The position numbers were made by a program, and so were the translations under genes. Of a DNA stretch of 64,000 nt, positions 57,665-64,000 are shown piece after piece. The notes under the pieces are model-generated. The model was not told the DNA's origin. It made no database searches and saw nothing but the letters and a program-made list of their open reading frames with translations. How positions within the stretch are numbered: the first letter of the stretch is position 1; every line of letters starts with the position of its first letter. Source of the DNA: Phycisphaerales bacterium (GTDB taxonomy: Bacteria; Planctomycetota; Phycisphaerae; Phycisphaerales; UBA1924); assembly GCA_965227775.1 (NCBI GenBank), contig OZ245777.1, positions 1,120,001-1,184,000 of the forward strand. The letters run 5' to 3'.

Positions 57665-59353
57665 TCATCCCTCGGCAAATTTCTGCCTGAACGCCTCGTG
57701 CGCCTCAACATCGCCGATGAGCACGAGCTCGTGGCCCGCCTCGAGCACGGTTGTCGCCGGCGGGTTGGCCGTGAGCCCCACCTGATCGCGATAGCCCACG
57801 ATCGTGCATCCGGTAGCCTCGCGCAGCCCGCACTCCATGATCTTCTTGCCCACGACCGACTTGGGCACCTTCGCGTCGAAGACCTCCAGGCCCTGGGCCA
57901 CCGTCACCAACCGCCCCTGGTGCAGCAGGTTGTAGAAGGCAGAGGCGCCGGTGCTGGCGTAGCTCTGCACGAAGTCGGCCCCCGCACGGTGCAACGCCGC
58001 GACGTGCTTGTCCAACGTGCATCGGGCGATGACCTCGATGTCGGGCCGAAGCTTGCGGCAGAGCAGCGTGAGGTACAGGTTCACGTCGTCGTTGTTACTC
58101 GTGATGACAACGGTGGGGGCCTTGGCCAGGCCCGCCGCCTCGAGAATTCGTGGTTCGGCAGCATCGCCCACGATCGTTTTCTCTGGGTTTGTCACGCGAC
58201 GCTCGGCCTTCTCGACCACGCGGTAGTCGATGTCGCGCAGCTCGAGCGCTTCGGCCGTTGCCCGTCCAATGCGACCGTTGCCGATGACAATCACCGGATC
58301 GGCGCTGACGTTGTAGATCGCAAAGTGCTCGTCGTACGCCTCGAGCTGCTCTGCCGAGCCGGCGAGCAGTAGCACGGTCCGCTCGTTCACGACCGTGTCG
58401 GGTCGCGCGGGGCGGAACACGCCACGATCCCATAGGCCCACGACGTTGACGCCCAGCTCGGTCAGCTTGTTCTCCCGCAGGCTCCGTCCGATGAGCGGTG
58501 TGCGTGCCGCGCTCGCTTCGGCGACGATCAGGTTGTCGAACCGAGCAACCTCGTGTGTCACGGCGTCGCCACCAGAGATGCACCGCGCGAGCGCCTGGCC
58601 CATCACACGGTCGAGGCGCACCACTCCGGTCGCCCCGGCCATCTCAAGAATCGGTACCGACGCGCCAAGATCGGCCGTTGCAAACACGGGCACCCGCTCG
58701 TTCACGGCCCGCACCGCGAATGCTACGGCTGTGTCTTGGGCATCGGTGCGGGTTGTGACCACCATCGCGGCGTTGTTCACCTGGGCAGCCTTGAACGCCT
58801 CCGGATCGTCAAGGTCGCCCACCATCACACGTATTTCCTGATCGTGCAGCCTCCTCGCATCCTCCACGTCGGGCACAAGCACGACGTAGTCCTGATTCAC
58901 CTGGCGGAGCTTGGTGATGAGCGATTCCGTGACGGCATCAAGGTGCGTCAGGATGACATGGTCCCTTGTGTCCGCGGGCAACTGACGCGGGGTGCGGGCT
59001 GCGGTCTGCGCCTCGATCCAGGGCGCATAGAAGAACTGGATGAACATAAAGGGAAGCAGCGCGAGCAAGAAGATCGTGCCACTGATGACCACCACGATCG
59101 AGAAGAGCCGGCCCAGATCGCTCTGGAACGTGATGTCGCCAAAGCCCAACGTGCTCATCGTCACGATCACCCAGTAGAGCCCGCCGATGATCGTGTGCTC
59201 CTGTTGCTCGTACTCCATGATGAGGTGAAACAGCACCGTGTGCACGGCCATGAGTCCGAGCAGGATCAGCATGAACCGGCCCAGCACCTTCAGGTTGCGC
59301 CGGGTCCGCCGCTGGCTGGTCAGGATCATGATCTGGGCGGCGATGGACTTCAT
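57665..59353 (-). CDS. Potassium channel protein with tandem RCK (TrkA-N/TrkA-C) domains
   Basis: Two TM helices around the TMSTLGFGD filter, and two RCK sets (GNGRIG). Start reassigned to the ATG at 59353. Confidence 0.88.
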   Translation of the reverse strand: MKSIAAQIMILTSQRRTRRNLKVLGRFMLILLGLMAVHTVLFHLIMEYEQQEHTIIGGLYWVIVTMSTLGFGDITFQSDLGRLFSIVVVISGTIFLLALLPFMFIQFFYAPWIEAQTAARTPRQLPADTRDHVILTHLDAVTESLITKLRQVNQDYVVLVPDVEDARRLHDQEIRVMVGDLDDPEAFKAAQVNNAAMVVTTRTDAQDTAVAFAVRAVNERVPVFATADLGASVPILEMAGATGVVRLDRVMGQALARCISGGDAVTHEVARFDNLIVAEASAARTPLIGRSLRENKLTELGVNVVGLWDRGVFRPARPDTVVNERTVLLLAGSAEQLEAYDEHFAIYNVSADPVIVIGNGRIGRATAEALELRDIDYRVVEKAERRVTNPEKTIVGDAAEPRILEAAGLAKAPTVVITSNNDDVNLYLTLLCRKLRPDIEVIARCTLDKHVAALHRAGADFVQSYASTGASAFYNLLHQGRLVTVAQGLEVFDAKVPKSVVGKKIMECGLREATGCTIVGYRDQVGLTANPPATTVLEAGHELVLIGDVEAHEAFRQKFAEG

Positions 59354-59437
59354 GGCCAACGGTAGCGGCTTGGGTTTTGGTCGCCACTGCCAGAGCCGTA
59401 TGCTTGCCCTCGCCTCGCCGGGGACCGCTCGCCCGCT

Positions 59438-61180
59438 ATGGAACACCGCCGCGTCGAATCTTCGAGCCCCCGCGCCCAGGGCCCATGGCGAGCCACGGCC
59501 GCGGTTTCGCTCGCGATGCTCGGTGCCGCCGCTCTTGCCGTCTACCAGGGCGTCCCAACGAGTCCACTCGCGGCTTCGTGGCTCATCATCGCCCAGTTGG
59601 TCCTGCCCTGGTTGGCCGCGATCGCTGCTGGCGATGTCGGTGCGGCAATGCTGCCAGGGCTTGGCCCGGCCAAGCGTTGGCGGCGACCGAAGGGCGTCGC
59701 GATCGAGGCGGGTATCGCGATCGCCGTCGTCGGGTGGGCGTTGGGCACGCCCGCCGCTGCGGGCGTGGTCGCGGTCGCCGTTGCGATTACCTACGCCATC
59801 AGCCTTACGGGCCTGCTTTCTCGCACGCTGCGTCACCCGAACCTGCTGCTGCCCGCCTCCTTTGCGGCCATTATCCTCGTGAGCACGCTGCTCCTCAAGC
59901 TCCCAGCAGCCACGCCCGCGGATCAGCCCATTGGCTGGGTCGATGCGCTCTTTACAGCTACCAGCGCCACCTGCGTCACGGGTCTTGCCGTCCGAGATAC
60001 CGCGAGCGGCTTCACGCTCTTCGGCCAAGCGGTCATCGCCGGAGCAATCCAACTCGGCGGTCTGGGCTTCATGATCTTCGGCTCAACGCTCGCCCTGCTC
60101 TTCGGCATGCGCCCGAGCTACAAGGAGAATCTCACCCTGAGCGCTGCGCTCGACGAGTATCCCGCCCACCGCATCATGCGCTTCGCGTGGTTCATCGTGG
60201 CCGTCACGCTGGCGATCGAAGCCATCGGTGCGTTGCTGCTGTACTTCCTGTGGCCTGAGGGATTGTGCGACGGGCCGGGCGGTCGCGCGTGGCAGGCGAT
60301 CTTCCACAGCCTGTCGGCATTCTGCAATGCGGGCTTCGATGTCACGGGTGACAGCCTCATCTCGATGCGCACAGGGGCGGCGCCGTTCCTCGTCATCGCG
60401 CCGCTCATCGTCGTTGGGGGCATCGGCTTCCTCGTGCTCGAAGACGTGACGGGCTATGTTCGCCGGCGCCTGCGCCCCAAGCCGGGCCGGCCCGCGCCCA
60501 GGCTGTCGACACACAGCAAGATCGTGCTGTTAACAACCGGCTGCCTGCTCGTAGCGGGGTTCGGCGTGTTGTTCCTCGCCCAGAGCCGGACGTCGGGTGG
60601 GCTAAATGCCAGCGTCGTATCCGACGCCGCCTTCATGACCGTCACCGCGCGCACGGCTGGCTTCACCATCATGCCGATGGACGAGCTCTCGCCCGGCTCA
60701 CGGTTCATGCTCATGACGCTCATGGCGATCGGCGGCAGCCCGGGCTCAACGGCCGGTGGCATCAAGACGGCCGTGTTCGCGGTTTTGCTTCTGTCGGTCG
60801 TTGCCACCGTTCGCGGGCGAGACGACGTTGAGGTCTTCGGCCGGACGCTGCCCGATTCGGTCGTCAAGCGGGCGGCCATGGTTGCCGCGGGCCTGGTTGG
60901 TGTTGTCACGCTCGCCACGCTCACGCTCGATCTGACCGAGAATATCGCTTTCGAGCCGTTGCTCTTCGAGGTCGTTAGCGCCGCAAGCACCACGGGCCTT
61001 TCGCTAGGCGCCACCAGCGAACTTAGCCCCTTCGGCCGCTTCGTCATCACGCTCACGATGTTCTTCGGCCGCATCGGCGCTCTCGCGCTGCTCGGGGCGC
61101 TCATCCAGGGCGCCGGCGCCGGCAGCGAACGGGCCCTCACCAGAACCAGGTTGCCACGAGATACCGTCTCGCTCGGCTGA
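59438..61180 (+). CDS. KtrB/TrkH family potassium uptake membrane subunit
   Basis: Motifs ATSATCVTGL, IQLGGLG, SAFCNAGF, TARTAGF, GGSPGSTAGGIKT and STTGLS. Start uncertain. Confidence 0.92.
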   Translation: MEHRRVESSSPRAQGPWRATAAVSLAMLGAAALAVYQGVPTSPLAASWLIIAQLVLPWLAAIAAGDVGAAMLPGLGPAKRWRRPKGVAIEAGIAIAVVGWALGTPAAAGVVAVAVAITYAISLTGLLSRTLRHPNLLLPASFAAIILVSTLLLKLPAATPADQPIGWVDALFTATSATCVTGLAVRDTASGFTLFGQAVIAGAIQLGGLGFMIFGSTLALLFGMRPSYKENLTLSAALDEYPAHRIMRFAWFIVAVTLAIEAIGALLLYFLWPEGLCDGPGGRAWQAIFHSLSAFCNAGFDVTGDSLISMRTGAAPFLVIAPLIVVGGIGFLVLEDVTGYVRRRLRPKPGRPAPRLSTHSKIVLLTTGCLLVAGFGVLFLAQSRTSGGLNASVVSDAAFMTVTARTAGFTIMPMDELSPGSRFMLMTLMAIGGSPGSTAGGIKTAVFAVLLLSVVATVRGRDDVEVFGRTLPDSVVKRAAMVAAGLVGVVTLATLTLDLTENIAFEPLLFEVVSAASTTGLSLGATSELSPFGRFVITLTMFFGRIGALALLGALIQGAGAGSERALTRTRLPRDTVSLG

Positions 61181-61200
61181 CACACGCCAGGAATCAACAC

Positions 61201-61899
61201 ATGGCTAAGCAGCAGAACCCTTCAAATGATAAGCGCCCGATCGCCGTGCTGGGCCTCGGCCGCTTCGGCCAGCGCATCGCGACACAGCTTGCCAACGCCG
61301 ACCAGGCGGTCATCGCGTGCGACCTCGATCGAGACGCCGTCGAACGCATCGCGTCCCAGGTCGCCCAGGCCATTGTCGTTGATGCGACCGATGAAGAGGC
61401 GCTCAAAGCGCGCGGCGTGCACAAGGTCAAGGCAGCCGTCGTCGCGATCGGTGACGACTTCGAGGCCGCGGTGCTCGCCACCGTCACGCTCAAGCAGCTT
61501 GAGATCCCACGCATCATTGCCCGTGGCCGCAGCGACACCATGGCCCGCGTGCTCCGTCGCGTTGGCGCCAGCGAAGTCGTGTTGGCCGAGATCGAAGCGG
61601 CCGACCGCTGGGCAGGCCGACTGCTCGGGCCCGGCGTGCTGAACCAGATCGAGTTTCACGAGGGCCACAGCATCATCGAACTGCTCGTGCCCAAGCCCTG
61701 GATTAGCAAGTCTCTGGCCGAGATCGGTGCGAGAGAGAAGCACCACGTCCACGTCATCGCCGTCAAGCGCAAGGACGACTCGGTCGGCGGGGGCATGCAG
61801 GTATTGGTCATCCCGCCCAGCGAGCCTCTCAAGAGAGGCGACGTCCTGATGGTCATGGGCCAGGACGACCAGCTCCGCACGCTGTCCAGCCTCGGCTGA
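61201..61899 (+). CDS. KtrA/TrkA family RCK regulatory subunit
   Basis: GLGRFG Rossmann motif, AVVAIG, and a C-terminal RCK_C domain. Confidence 0.92.
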   Translation: MAKQQNPSNDKRPIAVLGLGRFGQRIATQLANADQAVIACDLDRDAVERIASQVAQAIVVDATDEEALKARGVHKVKAAVVAIGDDFEAAVLATVTLKQLEIPRIIARGRSDTMARVLRRVGASEVVLAEIEAADRWAGRLLGPGVLNQIEFHEGHSIIELLVPKPWISKSLAEIGAREKHHVHVIAVKRKDDSVGGGMQVLVIPPSEPLKRGDVLMVMGQDDQLRTLSSLG

Positions 61900-62039
61900 G
61901 CACGCCGCGCCCAGAAGCCCTGCAATCCCAATACCCGCCTCCGGAAAGACCCTGCAGGGCCGCCCCCGCCGGCGCGTCCTCGTTGTCCCGGCCCAAGCGG
62001 GGCCGCGGCCGTACACTGGCCGTTCTGGAGGTGTCCTGT

Positions 62040-64000
62040 ATGAATATGCGTCTGAGCGTTCTCCCCGTCCTGGCCGCGCAGGCCATGCTCGTCTCGTGTG
62101 CCGGGTCGGCCGAGATCAGCAGCAGCGAGCCGGCCCGCATTGTGGCGGCGTCCGGCCAACCACTGTCGGCGACCCGGGCCGCGATGCAGCAAGACGGCGA
62201 CTACGCCGGCATGCTCCGCTTCCCCGCCGTCAGCGACGAGCACATCGTTTTCACGTACGGCAACGATCTCTGGCTCGTCTCGCGGGACGGCGGCCGCGCT
62301 GAGCCGCTCGCCAGCCCCGCGGGTCAGGAGCTCTTCCCGCGCTTCAGCCCCGACGGCCAGCACGTGGTCTTCCAGGGCAACTACGACGGCGACCGCGACC
62401 TCTACACGCTACCCATCGCCGGCGGCGTGCCCACGCGCGTGACGCACCACCCCGCCAACGAGTCGCCCACCCAGTGGCATGACTCGGGCATCATGTTCTT
62501 CATGGGCGGCACCGCCGGCCTCGGGCGCCAGCAAGAGGTCTTCCGTGTCTCGCCCGATGGTGGCCTGCCCGAGCGCATGCCAGTGCCCTACGGCGCGAAC
62601 GGCGTGCTGAGCGATGACGGCCAGTGGCTCGCCTACACGCCGATCCAGCGCGACGCGCGCACCTGGAAGCGGTACCGCGGCGGCATGGCCAGCGACATCT
62701 GGCTCTTCAACATCAACACCAACGAGAGCCGCCAGATCACCGACTGGGAGGGCACCGACAGCCTGCCCATGTGGCACGGCGACTCGGTCTACTACGTCTC
62801 CGACGCCGGCGATGACCACCGCCTGAACATCTGGCGATACGACGTTGCCAGCGGCGACCGCACCCAGGTCACCAACTTCACCGACAACGACGTGAAGTTC
62901 CCCTCCATCAGCAGCGGTGATGACGGGGCCATCGTCTTCAGCCTGGGCACCAAGCTCCACCTGCTCGACCTGGACGCCAATGAGGTCAGCGAGATCAACG
63001 TGACCATCCCCGGCGCGACGCCCGCCGTCCGCACCCAAACAGTCGACGCGGCCGACCACATCCAGGCTGGCGGCATCAGCTCCACTGGCAAGCGGGTGGT
63101 CATCGAGGCCCGCGGTGACATCTGGACCATCCCGGCCGAGAACGGCCCGCCCCGCCAGCTTACCGACAGCAGCCGTTGGGCCGAGCGCAGCCCCGCCTGG
63201 AGCCCGAGCGGCCGGTGGATCGCCTACGCGAGCGACGAGAGCGGCGAGTACAACATCCACGTCATCCAGAGCGACGGCGGCACCGAGCCCCGCCAGCTCA
63301 CCGACATGGAGGGCAAGTACTGGATGTCGATGTCGTGGTCGCCCGACAGCGAGATGCTGCTGGCGATCGATAAGTCGGGCGAGATGTACCTGATCGACGT
63401 CGAGAGCGGCGAAGCCAGCCAGTTCGACAAGGAGCCGATGGCCGGTGTTCCCGCGGTGAGTTGGAGCCCCGACAGCCGCTACGTCACCTACGCCAAGACC
63501 AACGGCAACATGCTGACGGCCGCCGTCTTCATCTACGATACCGATGAAGGCACGATGCACCAGGTCACCAGCGGTTACTTTGGCGATAACTCGCCCACGT
63601 TCAGCCGCGATGGCGAGTACCTGTTCTACACCTCGAACCGCGAGTTCACCAGCCCGCAGTACGAGTCCGTCGGCGCCAGTTTCATCTACGCCAACACCGG
63701 CCGGCTCATCGCCGTACCGCTGACCGAAGAAGTCGAGAACCCGCGTCTCATCGAAGTTGACGAAGAGACCTGGGAAGAGGACGAGCCCGAAGCCGACGAG
63801 TCCGATGAGGCCAGCGAGGACGCCGACGAGGCTGCGGACGAGGGCGAAGGAGATGAGGGCGATGACGCCGAGACGGAGCTCAGCCCCATCGAGGGAACCT
63901 GGGCCGGGACGGCGTCCGGACTCGCAGCCCTCGGCCTGCCCATGGACGAAATGGAAGTCACGATGTACTTCAAGCAGCTCGACGACGGCACCTTTGTCGG
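62040..64000 (+). CDS. Tricorn-like protease (S41), N-terminal propeller domains (3' truncated)
   Basis: Absent from the ORF track because it has no stop in the window. My translation gives MNMRLSV...LVSC, MLRFPAVSDEHIVFTYGNDLW, FPRFSPDG, RTWKRYRGGMASDIW and IEARGDIW. GGAGG RBS upstream. Confidence 0.88.
   Translation, partial: MNMRLSVLPVLAAQAMLVSCAGSAEISSSEPARIVAASGQPLSATRAAMQQDGDYAGMLRFPAVSDEHIVFTYGNDLWLVSRDGGRAEPLASPAGQELFPRFSPDGQHVVFQGNYDGDRDLYTLPIAGGVPTRVTHHPANESPTQWHDSGIMFFMGGTAGLGRQQEVFRVSPDGGLPERMPVPYGANGVLSDDGQWLAYTPIQRDARTWKRYRGGMASDIWLFNINTNESRQITDWEGTDSLPMWHGDSVYYVSDAGDDHRLNIWRYDVASGDRTQVTNFTDNDVKFPSISSGDDGAIVFSLGTKLHLLDLDANEVSEINVTIPGATPAVRTQTVDAADHIQAGGISSTGKRVVIEARGDIWTIPAENGPPRQLTDSSRWAERSPAWSPSGRWIAYASDESGEYNIHVIQSDGGTEPRQLTDMEGKYWMSMSWSPDSEMLLAIDKSGEMYLIDVESGEASQFDKEPMAGVPAVSWSPDSRYVTYAKTNGNMLTAAVFIYDTDEGTMHQVTSGYFGDNSPTFSRDGEYLFYTSNREFTSPQYESVGASFIYANTGRLIAVPLTEEVENPRLIEVDEETWEEDEPEADESDEASEDADEAADEGEGDEGDDAETELSPIEGTWAGTASGLAALGLPMDEMEVTMYFKQLDDGTFV

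Noticed and set aside
59354..59437. c-di-AMP (ydaO) riboswitch ahead of the K+ transport genes
   Set aside because: The intergenic space is too short and no matching conserved elements were recognised.
59354..60052. N-terminal 233 aa of the 795-aa K+ channel ORF
   Set aside because: It overlaps KtrB on the opposite strand and reads as non-coding. The real start is probably 59353. Similar false extensions were trimmed at 20747, 27947, 28983, 35111, 50365 and 51522.

Overview
High-GC chromosomal window, most likely from a Planctomycetota (Phycisphaerae-like) bacterium. That assignment is inferred from the groEL-groES-groEL layout, an H-X9-DG prepilin-like gene and many Cys-flanked dockerin-like modules. 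From left to right it contains: the end of a cytochrome P450; an SRPBCC-ArsR pair with twin operator-like palindromes; a lipase-like lipoprotein and an acetolactate synthase; an ExbB/ExbD/TPR operon whose last gene looks like a TolB-propeller/TonB-like fusion; three dockerin-bearing secreted proteins, two of them tandem hydrolase paralogs; tRNA-Ser(TGA); a receiver plus HD-GYP pair converging on a T2SS/type IV pilus-like operon that has no local secretin and is headed by a histidine kinase and a STAS protein; an orphan nuoA; the chaperone cluster groEL-groES-groEL-dnaJ-grpE; acpS and glnS; a GT2-methyltransferase fusion; four more dockerin-bearing proteins, including a papain-like peptidase and a large LTD/PstS-like multi-dockerin protein next to a prepilin gene; an NRAMP transporter; a K+ channel and KtrAB; and the start of a tricorn-like protease. 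The best candidates for under-described systems are (1) the invariant 54-aa Cys-to-Cys dockerin-like module on 7 exported proteins, (2) the c-di-GMP/STAS/kinase-wired pilus or secretion locus, (3) the fused Tol/Ton-like motor operon, and (4) the prepilin plus PstS-like surface protein pair. No CRISPR array, integrase or IS element was seen. All calls come from reading motifs by eye; no searches were run.
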